A DNA stretch of 64,000 nt. Source: Minisyncoccia bacterium (GTDB taxonomy: Bacteria; Patescibacteriota; Minisyncoccia; Phycocordibacterales; UBA9973). The notes beneath the pieces are model-generated. The model saw only the letters and a program-made list of their open reading frames with translations, had not been told where the DNA came from and did not search any database. Shown piece by piece: positions 1-9,606 of the stretch. The stretch is from positions 708,291 to 772,290 of the forward strand of contig CBFHKH010000001.1 in NCBI GenBank assembly GCA_965656375.1, written 5' to 3'. A program made the translations under genes and the position numbers. Numbering within the stretch: position 1 is the stretch's first letter; every line of letters starts with the position of its first letter.

Positions 1-46
1 TAGTGTTGTACGATATCTTAATACTAAGAATATTGAAAAAATAAAA

Positions 47-376
47 GTGAAGTACATCATTAAACAAAACGGCCAACAAATGCATATCTGGTACTATCGC
101 CTTGATAGATCGAGCGATCCCTCTGGCACCATAATGAATGGACCAGATCGCTGGTATCAATCTAAAGATAAGGCTTTACAAACGGTAGACGGTACTATGC
201 TTACAAGGACCACTCTTGATAACAAGCTAGAATGGATATTCTCGCTGGAAACAAAAAACAAAACCAATAAAAACGGATTTGATGTGGTTTCTCCATTTGC
301 GAGCACATCACCTGCAACGGCAAATCCTGCTGTTAAAGATACAGCGAATAAAAAGAAAATTGATATAGAAGATTAA
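47..376 (+). CDS. Hypothetical protein
   Basis: 109-aa ORF with GTG start, followed by a strong hairpin; no family recognised. Confidence 0.5.
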   Translation: MKYIIKQNGQQMHIWYYRLDRSSDPSGTIMNGPDRWYQSKDKALQTVDGTMLTRTTLDNKLEWIFSLETKNKTNKNGFDVVSPFASTSPATANPAVKDTANKKKIDIED

Positions 377-381
377 AAAGC

Positions 382-424
382 AAAAAAAGCGTTAGTTAGA
401 GTGAAATCTAACTAACGCTTTTTT
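382..424. terminator. Intrinsic terminator, probably bidirectional
   Basis: AAAAAAGCGTTAGTTAGA-gtgaaa-TCTAACTAACGCTTTTTT between a + ORF and a - tRNA. Confidence 0.8.
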
Positions 425-440
425 ATTACATATCTGTAAT

Positions 441-516
441 TGGTGCGCGATGAGGGACTTGAACCCCCGACCTTTCCGGTGTAAACGGATTGCTCTACCA
501 ACTGAGCTAATCGCGC
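441..516 (-). tRNA. tRNA-Val(TAC)
   Basis: Reverse strand GCGCGATTAGCTCAGTTGGTAGAGC...TTTACAC...GGTTCAAGTCCC...GCGCACCA; cloverleaf with encoded CCA. Confidence 0.95.
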
Positions 517-602
517 ATAAGACGAATACTATCATATTTTCAATATATTTCAACTAAGCTTTTAAAAATATGGTTTAAATGGTATCTTGTGTCTAGAGAC
601 AT

Positions 603-674
603 GCCCCCGTAGTTCAATGGATAGAACAGCGGACTTCTAAGCCGTCGATGTAGGTTCGATTCCTACCAGGGGCA
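603..674 (+). tRNA. tRNA-Arg(TCT)
   Basis: GCCCCCGTAGTTCAATGGATAGAAC...CTTCTAA...GGTTCGATTCC; no encoded CCA; two stem mismatches. Confidence 0.9.
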
Positions 675-676
675 CT

Positions 677-1474
677 ATGAAAGTAAAAATCCTATTTGAA
701 GACAAAAATGTCCTCGTACTCGACAAGCCAGCGGGTATGGCCGTGCATCCTGACGCGCGTACGACAAAGGAAAAAACTATTTCTGACTTCATCCTGGAGA
801 ATTATCCCACTCTTAAAAACGTGGGTGAGCCGATGATGATAGAATATATGGGCAAGAAAATAGAGATCAAGCGCCCGGGTATTGTCCATCGTCTTGATAG
901 GGAAACATCAGGTGTGCTTCTCGTTGCTAAGAATCAAAAGACGTTTGAATTTCTCAAAGCACAATTTCAAAATCATACAATCAAGAAAGTATATAGGGCG
1001 TTTGTCTACGGATACGTTTCTGATCCGAAAGCATCGCTTGCGACTGGTAAGCGTGGAGTGATCAATGTGCCTATCGGTCGGAGTCCAAAGGATATCCGTA
1101 TGTGGACTGCTGGTCGTGGCGCTCGCGAACCGTTGCGAGAAGCAGTTACTAATTATGTAGTCCTCGATCGATTTACTAATACGAAAAATCCCAAGCCTAC
1201 AGTCGAACATCAGTTTTCATATGTAGAAGCATATCCAAAAACGGGGCGTACTCATCAGATTCGTGTTCATATGCGCTATATAAATCACCCAGTTGTTTCT
1301 GATCCTTTGTACCGCGGAGCAAAAGAGCTTGCGCTTGGGATGAAACGTCTAGCGCTGCATGCATATTCTATTACGTTCAAACTCCCAAGTGGAGTGGAAA
1401 CAACGATCGAGGCTCCACTCCCAACTGATTTCAAGAAAACGATTAAAGCTTATAGTATATCTTCGCCGAAATAA
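677..1474 (+). CDS. RluA/RluD-family pseudouridine synthase
   Basis: LDKPAG, HRLDRETSG (catalytic Asp), TGRTHQIRVH, LHA motifs. Confidence 0.95.
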   Translation: MKVKILFEDKNVLVLDKPAGMAVHPDARTTKEKTISDFILENYPTLKNVGEPMMIEYMGKKIEIKRPGIVHRLDRETSGVLLVAKNQKTFEFLKAQFQNHTIKKVYRAFVYGYVSDPKASLATGKRGVINVPIGRSPKDIRMWTAGRGAREPLREAVTNYVVLDRFTNTKNPKPTVEHQFSYVEAYPKTGRTHQIRVHMRYINHPVVSDPLYRGAKELALGMKRLALHAYSITFKLPSGVETTIEAPLPTDFKKTIKAYSISSPK

Positions 1475-1604
1475 CCTTCTTTAAATGCACGCATAAAAGC
1501 AAGCTTGCCTTTTGCTCTGCTCGTCGTTCAAGAAAATAATAGTCGGAATACCTTCTTTATTTTCTAAACTCCTGCGCAAGGCATTTAAAGAAGGTTATTT
1601 CGGC
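1465..1604. repeat. Dispersed structured element, copy 1
   Basis: Perfect 24-bp inverted repeat (1465-1488/1581-1604) around a 92-nt core shared with 33853-33944 and 58960-59051. Confidence 0.9.
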
Positions 1605-1657
1605 TTCGACTACGCTCTTTCTTGCGTAAAATACCTATATATGATAAAGTAGGCGCT

Positions 1658-2065
1658 ATGACAACAGGGGAAATCACAAAAGCACAATTCACTTCAGTAG
1701 ATATGGCAAGCCGCAAAAAGCTTGATTTTAAGGCTGGTGACAGTGTTCGCGTCTGGAATAAAATCCAGGAAAAAGGAAAAATCCGTCTTCAAGCATTCGA
1801 AGGCCTTGTTCTTGCACGCAAACATGGAGTAGAAAGTGGCGCTACATTTACTATCCGTAAAGTCGCTTCAGGTGTTGGCGTTGAGCGTATTTTTCCACTC
1901 TATTCTCCAAATATCGATAAGATCGAAGTACTTCGTAAGTCAAAGACTCGTCGAAGTAAACTCTACTATATTCGTACAAAGGCAGTAAAAGAAGTGAAAA
2001 AGCGTTTGAAGAGTGTTACTCTTTCAAAAGAAGAACAAAAAGAATCTGAAGCAAGCGAATCATAA
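1658..2065 (+). CDS. rplS: 50S ribosomal protein L19
   Basis: [38 protein letters not shown]; start moved to ATG 1658. Confidence 0.95.
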   Translation: MTTGEITKAQFTSVDMASRKKLDFKAGDSVRVWNKIQEKGKIRLQAFEGLVLARKHGVESGATFTIRKVASGVGVERIFPLYSPNIDKIEVLRKSKTRRSKLYYIRTKAVKEVKKRLKSVTLSKEEQKESEASES

Positions 2066-2096
2066 TACAACACCCGCTTCATGCGGGTTTTGTATT
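2064..2096 (+). terminator. Intrinsic terminator after rplS
   Basis: ACCCGC-ttcat-GCGGGT followed by TTTGTATT. Confidence 0.7.
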
Positions 2097-2164
2097 GAAA
2101 AAACGACGAGAGTAAGGTATACTCGACACGTTCATGATTTTCTACAATAGAATATGGTATATAT

Positions 2165-2248
2165 GCACGGGTGGCGAAACTGGTAGACGCACTACCTTGA
2201 GGTGGTAGCGGGGGCAACCCTGTGGAAGTTCAAATCTTCTCCCGTGCA
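2165..2248 (+). tRNA. tRNA-Leu(GAG)
   Basis: GCACGGGTGGCGAAACTGGTAGACGC; anticodon arm CTACC-TTGAGGT-GGTAG; long variable arm; GTTCAAATC. Confidence 0.95.
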
Positions 2249-2251
2249 CAA

Positions 2252-2283
2252 AAAGAAATCCCGACATTTGTCGGGATTTCTTG
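2252..2283 (+). terminator. Terminator after tRNA-Leu
   Basis: AAGAAATCCCGACA-tt-TGTCGGGATTTCTT. Confidence 0.75.
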
Positions 2284-2297
2284 TATACTACATCTAT

Positions 2298-2834
2298 ATG
2301 AATAAAGTAATTTTTGCAGGGGGGTGTTTTTGGTGTGTGGAACACGATCTCCGAGAAGCACACGGAGTAGTGGATGTTATTTCTGGATATACTGGGGGTA
2401 ATTCTACTCATCCTACATACGAGAATCACACAGGTCATCGCGAAGCCGTAGAAGTGGAGTATGATCCTGCGAAAACATCATTTAAAAAACTCACACAGTA
2501 TTTCCTTGACCACATAGATCCTACTGATGCCGGTGGTCAATTTGGTGACAGGGGAGGGAGCTACCAGACTGCGATTTATGTTAGTACTCGAGAAGAAAAG
2601 ACTATTGCCCAAGATCTGCTCAAAGAGCTTGATGAATCAGGAGTCTATGATAGACCGCACATGGTAGAGGTTCTTGAAACTACGCCGTTCTACAGAGCGG
2701 AAGAATATCATCAGGAATACGCAACAAAGAACCCAGATCAGTATGCTCTCTATCGAGCACGTTCAGGTCGTGAGGACTTTGTAAATCGCACATGTGCTAT
2801 TCGGGAAGAGAAGCATATCATGTGGAAAGAATAA
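2298..2834 (+). CDS. msrA: Peptide methionine sulfoxide reductase A
   Basis: FAGGCFWC, GYTGG, GHREAV, FYRAEEYHQ; start at MNKVIF. Confidence 0.95.
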   Translation: MNKVIFAGGCFWCVEHDLREAHGVVDVISGYTGGNSTHPTYENHTGHREAVEVEYDPAKTSFKKLTQYFLDHIDPTDAGGQFGDRGGSYQTAIYVSTREEKTIAQDLLKELDESGVYDRPHMVEVLETTPFYRAEEYHQEYATKNPDQYALYRARSGREDFVNRTCAIREEKHIMWKE

Positions 2835-2835
2835 T

Positions 2836-3405
2836 ATGCTTATTATATTTTACTTCTTAGAGTGGTTTGTTGTTCTTATATTTGGTATTACATTTATACT
2901 TGTAGTATTTTGGATGCTTACCTCATTTCGTTCCCAGGTGCCTTTTGTTCCAGTTCCTAATAAACTTCTCAGTGATATTCATACAGCACTCGGTGTGACA
3001 GATAAGAGTATCGTATATGATCTCGGATGTGGGGAAGGGCGTGTACTTTTCTATTTATCTCGTCGTGTACCGAACGCCCGATATATTGGCATTGAGAATA
3101 ATCCATTTCCGTTGCTGCTCATTCGTGCACGAGCGTGGTGGCATACGCGTACAACGGGCACATCCATAGAAATTGTTCAACAAGATTTTTTTACACACGA
3201 TCTATCAAATGCGACGCATATCTTTACCTATCTGTATCCGAATGTTATGGATGATTTGTTGCCAAAATTCGATCGTGAACTTGCGAGAGGTACAAAACTT
3301 GTCTCGCTATCATTTAAATTTACTCAAAAGCAACCGCTGCAAGAAATTGATTTAAAGAAAACTGGATATTTGCGTGGACGCAAGCTCTACGTCTATGAAT
3401 TTTAA
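2836..3405 (+). CDS. Membrane-anchored class I SAM-dependent methyltransferase
   Basis: N-terminal TM helix, VPFVP, YDLGCGEGR motif I, YLYP. Confidence 0.85.
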   Translation: MLIIFYFLEWFVVLIFGITFILVVFWMLTSFRSQVPFVPVPNKLLSDIHTALGVTDKSIVYDLGCGEGRVLFYLSRRVPNARYIGIENNPFPLLLIRARAWWHTRTTGTSIEIVQQDFFTHDLSNATHIFTYLYPNVMDDLLPKFDRELARGTKLVSLSFKFTQKQPLQEIDLKKTGYLRGRKLYVYEF

Positions 3406-3428
3406 ATCGAGATGATATACTATACTGT

Positions 3429-5369
3429 ATGATAACTGAAGATCTTATCGACTATATACGAACAAAAAGAAAAGAAAATATAACAGATGATGAAATCACT
3501 TCACGACTCCTCCGTGCCGGATGGCATGATGCTGACATTACAGAAGGATTTCAAAGAATTACTCCCCCGGCGATTATTCCAAAAGCTTCTCCCGCCGCCG
3601 CGCTGGTACCTCCCATTGTGCCTCGTACACCAAAAGCTATTGTATTAGAACCACAAATCGAAGAAGATGATATTCCGGAAATCACTGCTACTGAACCGAC
3701 CTCTTATAAAATTCCCAAACCTGAAGTTGTAAAATCTACTGTACAAACAAGTTTTTCTCCGCAAAACTCTAAAGATGTGAAGCCCCTCTTTACTACTGAA
3801 GCGCCAAGGGTAGAACTAACTCCGACACTTATTCCAAAGGTGGCGCACCCTATACCTACTCAAAATAGTATCTCTCCAAAGAAGCCTCTTCCAGAAAGTC
3901 CTCTCATCAAAACTTTCTCAAGTGATATTCAAAAAGCAGAAGCGACCATCACCGAAGAATCAGTACCGAGCGCACGAAGGAAGATTGCTCGCAGTATCAT
4001 TATTGTTCTTGTCATTGGTCTTATTGGCGGTGCAGCATTTGCATTTCTAAAAGGATATATCTCATTTGCATCATTTATTAAAAAAGATCCAAAAGTTCTC
4101 CTCCTTGGTACCCCATCTCATCTTTCATCGCTTTCATCATATAGATCAGACACTACTATTACAGCTTCTTTCCCGTCAGTTGCAAATATCACAAATGGTC
4201 TTATTAGTGGAAATGTAGTTACATCTAAAGATACAGATTCAGTCTCGATTGATATAAAAAGTACTATACACAACAATTCTTCTAGCGCTTCCCATGCGCT
4301 TTCAGATCACGCGTTTCATATTAGAAGTTCACTGATACAAAATGATATTGATGTTGATTTGAAATATAATGGTACTACTTCTTTTATAACGATACCTGAT
4401 CTTAGTAATCTTTTTGGGGAACATGCACCGCTCTCGGGTCTTGTGGCAGTGGGGGATACTGAGTTTGATGAACTTCTGTCTCTCGTGCCAATACAATATA
4501 GAGATATGATACGAAATACTGATTTTTATAAAATGAAATCAAACGGGATTCCACCATATGTGATCAATAGCCTCAAGGTTTCCTTGAAAGAACTCATCGA
4601 TAGTGCAGATGTTTCGGAAAAACCAAAAGAAGTTATACAAGGGATAGATACATACCATTATATATTGAGTGTTGATCGAGCTGATACTAAAAAATTCCTC
4701 ATTTCTTTGGCCGATATTTTCATCACTACGCTTTCGGAGACTCAAAAGAAAAATCTTGAAGAAGCGCTCGGAGCATCGAATTTCGATACGATCGAGGTTT
4801 GGGTAGGTACGGATGATTCTTTGGTTCATCAATACAAATTCTCACTTTCGGTCCCACTCTCAAAGGTGATAAATTTAGAAGACAAAGGGATTGATGGCAA
4901 TACAGTAACATTTACATGGCAGTCGAGTGTATATGATTTCAATCAAGCTACATCAGTGCTTCCTTCGGAAACTGCGACGCCAGTATCTGACTTTGTTAAG
5001 CTTGGACTTGATAAGAATATTAAAACCACGATGGCATCCTTTATTACTGCTTCTAAGACGTTTCGAAATGCTCTCGGATCATATGGTAAAACCAATACGG
5101 GAGGAAGCTGCGTAAATCCAAGTGCGGGATCTCTCTTCTCTCCTGTCGGACATACGAAAGGTGCAGCGACTTCTGTTGGAGCTATCGCACATACTATGAA
5201 TATACTTGTCGCAAATCCAACCGGCGAAGGTTCCTGTCTCTCGACGCCGACTGCGTGGGCGATGGCGTTCCCGCTTGCAAGTGATCCGACCTCTTCGTAT
5301 TGTGTCGATAGTACTGGCTCATCTCGTATTCGTACATCTCCTCTTACGACAACGTTGTGTGATAAATAA
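3429..5369 (+). CDS. Membrane-anchored hypothetical protein: Pro-rich cytoplasmic part, TM helix, extracellular domain with pilin-like C-terminus
   Basis: 646-aa ORF; single TM (IIIVLVIGLIGGAAFAFL); C-terminal WAMAFPL...YCVDSTG. Confidence 0.75.
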   Translation: MITEDLIDYIRTKRKENITDDEITSRLLRAGWHDADITEGFQRITPPAIIPKASPAAALVPPIVPRTPKAIVLEPQIEEDDIPEITATEPTSYKIPKPEVVKSTVQTSFSPQNSKDVKPLFTTEAPRVELTPTLIPKVAHPIPTQNSISPKKPLPESPLIKTFSSDIQKAEATITEESVPSARRKIARSIIIVLVIGLIGGAAFAFLKGYISFASFIKKDPKVLLLGTPSHLSSLSSYRSDTTITASFPSVANITNGLISGNVVTSKDTDSVSIDIKSTIHNNSSSASHALSDHAFHIRSSLIQNDIDVDLKYNGTTSFITIPDLSNLFGEHAPLSGLVAVGDTEFDELLSLVPIQYRDMIRNTDFYKMKSNGIPPYVINSLKVSLKELIDSADVSEKPKEVIQGIDTYHYILSVDRADTKKFLISLADIFITTLSETQKKNLEEALGASNFDTIEVWVGTDDSLVHQYKFSLSVPLSKVINLEDKGIDGNTVTFTWQSSVYDFNQATSVLPSETATPVSDFVKLGLDKNIKTTMASFITASKTFRNALGSYGKTNTGGSCVNPSAGSLFSPVGHTKGAATSVGAIAHTMNILVANPTGEGSCLSTPTAWAMAFPLASDPTSSYCVDSTGSSRIRTSPLTTTLCDK

Positions 5370-5371
5370 AT

Positions 5372-5791
5372 ATGCACTTCATCCTTATTAATTCTATCTG
5401 TATACTTGGCCTTGTTGGATTTTTGATTGCTACATATATTTATGGCAAGAAAAAATCCAAGAAAAAGCTTGTCTGCCCTCGGTATTCAAACTGTGACACG
5501 GTAATCCATTCTGATTATTCAAAACTTTTTGGTATTCGAGTTGAAGTACTCGGCATGATCTATTATCTTTTTATCGGAAGTGTGTACAGTATTGTATTTG
5601 TAGCCAATGCATGGTCCGCTACCCTTGGTCTTATATTGGTAAGTAGTAGTATGTGTGCAGTACTTTTTTCTATCTATCTGGTGTCGATACAAGCATTTGT
5701 GCTCAAGCATTGGTGTGTTTGGTGTCTCTCTTCTGCTTTTATATCGATTCTCATTTTCATCCTCTCATACATTCATCTTGGTCTCTATTAG
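5372..5791 (+). CDS. Vitamin K epoxide reductase (VKOR) family protein
   Basis: C-x5-C loop (CPRYSNCDTVIHSDYS), CVWC redox motif, TM helices. Confidence 0.9.
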   Translation: MHFILINSICILGLVGFLIATYIYGKKKSKKKLVCPRYSNCDTVIHSDYSKLFGIRVEVLGMIYYLFIGSVYSIVFVANAWSATLGLILVSSSMCAVLFSIYLVSIQAFVLKHWCVWCLSSAFISILIFILSYIHLGLY

Positions 5792-5864
5792 AGGCTTTGA
5801 TTTATAAGCGATTTTCTGGTATAACAGGATAATCGACTGAGTACTTTACCCAGTCCAAAGATAT

Positions 5865-5939
5865 GGGGGCTATGGTGTAACGGTTAACACTGAGGTTTGT
5901 GGAACCTTCGATCTGGGTTCGATTCCCAGTAGCCCCCCA
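5865..5939 (+). tRNA. tRNA-His(GTG)
   Basis: Encoded G-1 and C73; anticodon arm GAGGT-TTGTGGA-ACCTT; GGTTCGATTCC. Confidence 0.95.
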
Positions 5940-6091
5940 TTTAAAAAACGCCTGTACAGGCGTTTTTTAAATGGGGGGCTAAAGAAGTGAACTGCTTCAC
6001 TTCTGTCTGGGAATCGAAAGACTTTTCTGTCATTTGGTTACAAATGCAGAAAAGTACCCGCGACCGTAGGTCGAGATTCCCACCTTCCTAT
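5930..6091. repeat. tRNA-mirroring palindrome and multibranch element
   Basis: Perfect 52-bp palindrome 5930-5981; CTGGGAATCGAA (6007-6018) is antisense to the tRNA T arm; three further hairpins. Confidence 0.8.
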
Positions 6092-6105
6092 GCTAAAATA
6101 CCACC

Positions 6106-8751
6106 ATGCAAGAACTTACATCACCATGGGCTTCCTCAACACAAGAGATCATCGGAGACTTACGATCATCTCCTTCCGGCATTTCTGATCGAGAAGCTGA
6201 AACGAGAATCAATCAGTATGGTAGTAATACATTTCACAACAGAGAAAAGGCACGCCCCATCCTTCTTTTTTTAAAGCAATTTTTGAGCCCTCTTATATTC
6301 TTGCTCGTTGGAGCAGCGGTTTTGACGAGTATCCTCGGTGAATGGGTCAATACAGGAGTGATTGCATTTGCAGTTCTCCTGAATGTTGCTATTGGTTTCT
6401 ATCAAGAATTCCATGCTGAAAATACTCTTGAAAGATTAACGACATATATAAAAGATCGTGCTCGCGTTATTCGTGATGGTAAAGAGGAAGAGATTGACTC
6501 GACTCTGCTTGTTCCTGGAGATATCGTAAAGCTTACGTACGGAATACGAATACCCGCTGACACTCGAATTCTTTCTGTTAACAATTTCCAAGTTGATGAA
6601 GCAATTCTTACTGGTGAGCCGATTCCCGTTTCAAAAGAAGAGGGTACTGTGCCACTGTCTGCACTTATCGCTGAACGTAAGAATATCGCCCATGCGGGAA
6701 CTCTCGTAGTACAGGGATACGCAACCGCAATTGTCTATGCAACTGGAGATTTTACGGAAATCGGTAAAATCGCAGGGATTGTCTCGGCAACAAAGCGCTC
6801 TGAAACTCCACTTCAAAAGGGGATCACACACTTAGCGTGGCTCGTATTTTGCATTGTGATCATTATTGTTCTTGGAATTCTCATTCTGGGTGTTTCTCAT
6901 GGAGAGCCACTACTCCCGATGCTTGTTCTCTCTGCAGCAGTTGCAGTCGGTGCTGTTCCTGAAGCATTGCCGATAACCCTTACTGTCATCCTTGCAATTG
7001 GGGCGCTTCGTATTGCTCACAAAAAAGGAATTGTACGAAAGCTTTCTGCTGCTGAAACGCTCGGCTCGACGACACTGATCATGACTGATAAGACAGGAAC
7101 ACTTACACTCGCTGATATGCAGCTTGTTGGTATTCATACTCGAGATCTGCTCCTTGGAAGTAGTAGTGATACGAATGAATCAAAATCATTTTCTCATGAG
7201 CAAAGACGCCTGCTTGAATTTGCTCTTCTTAATATCGATGTATCTGTTGAGAATCAAGACAAGGATAAAAAGGAATGGACCTTTCTTGGAAAACCATTTG
7301 AAGTTAATATTGCTAAAGCGAGTCGCGATCACAATATATCACTTGATCCTATTCTCTCTACGACATCCTCGCTCGTTTTGCCGTTCAATTCGACAAATAA
7401 ATTTTCAATTGCTCAAAAAGATGATCTCTATATTGTTATGGGTGCCCCCGATATTTTGCTTAAGCGTTCTACTCTTTCAAAAGAAGAATATATCAAGTTC
7501 GAAGAGTGGATTGAATCAACAAGCCGCGACGGAAAACGACTCATCGGCCTTGCGACATGGAAGGGCAAGAATTCTCAAGGTCACATTACGCCGGATGATG
7601 CAGAGAATTTGGATTTTGTCGGAATGCTCGTTTTCTATGATCCAATACGTCCGGAAGTCCCAAATGCGATTAGTGTCATTGAATCGCATGGAATAAAAAT
7701 CGTCCTCGTAACAGGTGATTTAAAGGGTACTGCTATCTCGATCGCAAAGAGTCTTGGCTGGCAGGTAGAGGAAAATCAGGTTCTTACGGGGAGTGAATTA
7801 AGAGCATTGTCTGATGATGAACTTCTAAAGATTATTCCAACTATAAAAATATTTGCGCGGGTAACACCGGAAGATAAGCTCCGAATCGGCAAACACTACC
7901 AGAAGCTCGGCGAAGTAGTGGCGATGACAGGGGATGGAGTCAACGATGCGCCAGCATTGAAGGCAATGGACATCGGCATATCACTCGGTTCGGGTAGCGA
8001 TGTAGCAAAAAGTGCGGCTGATCTGGTTCTTCTCGATGATAATTTTGAGACTATTAGTCTTTCAATTGACGAAGGTCACCGGATTTTGGCTAACGTTAGA
8101 AAGACGGTTGTATATCTCATGTCCAATTCTCTTGATGAAGTATTCATCATCGGCGGGAGTCTCATTGCGGGACTCGCGCTTCCGCTTACAGCACTCCAGA
8201 TCATCTGGGTTAATCTCTTTACGGGATCTTTACCTGCACTCGCATTTGCATTTGATGAGAATATGGATCGAAAAAAATATTCAAAGCATGAGTCGAAGCG
8301 AATTTTTACCAAAGAGGTAAAAGTGATCACGCTCGGGATCGGAGTATTGAGTTCGCTCTTCCTCTTTCTCTTATACTATGTATTGTTGAAATATATTTCA
8401 AATATCGCAGAAGCTCGCTCGATTTTCTTTGTTTGCTTTGCCTCATATATTCTGGCGATCTCATTTTCATTTAGAAGTTTATACAATTCTCTTTTTTCGT
8501 ATCATATCTTTTCAAATAGAAAACTTAATCTAAGTATCATACTTGCATTCGTGATTTTGATTTTGACGATGTCAGTTCCGTTCATCAGGCATATCTTTGA
8601 ACTTGCTCCGTTGCCACTCTATTCAGTACCGCTTGTGGCACTGTGGCTCATCTTTAATGTATTTTTGGTAGAAGCAGCAAAGTATGTTTTGCGAACGAGG
8701 AGCCGTGTTCGTTCAAAACGTGCTGATCTAAGACTTGCAATTAGTAAATAA
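6106..8751 (+). CDS. Cation-transporting P-type ATPase (P2-type)
   Basis: LTGE, VPEAL, DKTGTLT, DPIRP, VTGD, TGDGVNDAPALK. Confidence 0.95.
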   Translation: MQELTSPWASSTQEIIGDLRSSPSGISDREAETRINQYGSNTFHNREKARPILLFLKQFLSPLIFLLVGAAVLTSILGEWVNTGVIAFAVLLNVAIGFYQEFHAENTLERLTTYIKDRARVIRDGKEEEIDSTLLVPGDIVKLTYGIRIPADTRILSVNNFQVDEAILTGEPIPVSKEEGTVPLSALIAERKNIAHAGTLVVQGYATAIVYATGDFTEIGKIAGIVSATKRSETPLQKGITHLAWLVFCIVIIIVLGILILGVSHGEPLLPMLVLSAAVAVGAVPEALPITLTVILAIGALRIAHKKGIVRKLSAAETLGSTTLIMTDKTGTLTLADMQLVGIHTRDLLLGSSSDTNESKSFSHEQRRLLEFALLNIDVSVENQDKDKKEWTFLGKPFEVNIAKASRDHNISLDPILSTTSSLVLPFNSTNKFSIAQKDDLYIVMGAPDILLKRSTLSKEEYIKFEEWIESTSRDGKRLIGLATWKGKNSQGHITPDDAENLDFVGMLVFYDPIRPEVPNAISVIESHGIKIVLVTGDLKGTAISIAKSLGWQVEENQVLTGSELRALSDDELLKIIPTIKIFARVTPEDKLRIGKHYQKLGEVVAMTGDGVNDAPALKAMDIGISLGSGSDVAKSAADLVLLDDNFETISLSIDEGHRILANVRKTVVYLMSNSLDEVFIIGGSLIAGLALPLTALQIIWVNLFTGSLPALAFAFDENMDRKKYSKHESKRIFTKEVKVITLGIGVLSSLFLFLLYYVLLKYISNIAEARSIFFVCFASYILAISFSFRSLYNSLFSYHIFSNRKLNLSIILAFVILILTMSVPFIRHIFELAPLPLYSVPLVALWLIFNVFLVEAAKYVLRTRSRVRSKRADLRLAISK

Positions 8752-8789
8752 AAAACCTGCGCTCCATGAGAGTGCAGGTTCCATTTTTT
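8752..8789. terminator. Terminator between convergent genes
   Basis: AACCTGCGCTC-catga-GAGTGCAGGTT with flanking A/T runs. Confidence 0.65.
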
Positions 8790-8793
8790 GTAG

Positions 8794-9063
8794 TTACAGA
8801 GGTTTGTTCATGATAGGCGACTGTTGTGTAGAACGGAAATTAGCTTCAATAAGACTGTTCAATCTCTGAGGACATTTTAAAATCTCAATGAGTTCTGATT
8901 CAGTATGTTTTGATCTTAATTCATCATCTTGATCATCTGAAACACTTCCCTCAAAAAGTAATTCAATAAAATGCTTGTTAGGCTCTGTGCCCCCTGGCTT
9001 ATGACGCATTATAAATTCTATGATTTCTTTTCTACTGCCTGTTACTGTACCTTGATTTTCCAC
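8794..9063 (-). CDS. Hypothetical AT-rich protein
   Basis: 89-aa ORF with a consensus promoter upstream. Confidence 0.55.
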   Translation of the reverse strand: MENQGTVTGSRKEIIEFIMRHKPGGTEPNKHFIELLFEGSVSDDQDDELRSKHTESELIEILKCPQRLNSLIEANFRSTQQSPIMNKPL

Positions 9064-9104
9064 ATCTTAAAATTTAATGGTTGTACAATTGGTTTATTAA
9101 ACTC

Positions 9105-9133
9105 ATTATAACTTTTATATCATCATGTGTCAA
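9105..9133 (-). promoter_or_regulatory. Consensus sigma70 promoter
   Basis: Reverse strand TTGACA-17 nt-TATAAT. Confidence 0.75.
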
Positions 9134-9195
9134 ATGTATACAGAGACCATTTTTGCTGATACAATAGTTTATTATTATTCAGCATACTAGTATAT

Positions 9196-9594
9196 ATGAA
9201 AGGATTTAAACAATTTATTCTCCGTGGAAATGTCGTAGACCTTGCAGTTGGTGTGGTCATCGGCGCATCATTCGGTTCAGTAGTGACCGCCCTTGTGACA
9301 TATGTAATCACTCCACTTATCGGTGCGATCGTAAAAGCCCCAGATTTCTCTAATCTTATGTTCACTATTAATGGCAGCAAGTTCATGTATGGAAACTTCT
9401 TGAATGCCCTTATCTCGTTTGTTCTTGTTGCTGCCGCAGTCTATTTCTTTGTTGTTACACCTATCAATACGTTAATCACCCGTACAAAAAAGGAACCACC
9501 TCTTGATCCAACTACAAAAAAGTGCCCTGAATGCATTAGTGAGATTCCAATCGAAGCAAAACGATGTGCACACTGTACTTCAGTGGTGGCATAG
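9196..9594 (+). CDS. mscL: Large-conductance mechanosensitive channel with C-terminal zinc ribbon
   Basis: FKQFILRGNVVDLAVGVVIG, YGNFLNALISF; C-terminal CPEC...CAHC. Confidence 0.95.
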   Translation: MKGFKQFILRGNVVDLAVGVVIGASFGSVVTALVTYVITPLIGAIVKAPDFSNLMFTINGSKFMYGNFLNALISFVLVAAAVYFFVVTPINTLITRTKKEPPLDPTTKKCPECISEIPIEAKRCAHCTSVVA

Positions 9595-9606
9595 TATAAT
9601 GCGCGT

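Noticed and set aside
1489-1580. The 92-nt core as a hammerhead, SRP RNA or known riboswitch
   Set aside because: No CUGANGA/GAAA core on either strand and no SRP helix-8 motif; its positions do not fit one regulon. Only an Rfam search could exclude this fully.
5987-6274. Short ORFs overlapping structured elements or lying inside real genes (e.g. 5987-6274, 58892-59095, 7124-7696, 31837-32433)
   Set aside because: Shadow frames with no protein motifs, explained by the overlapping feature.
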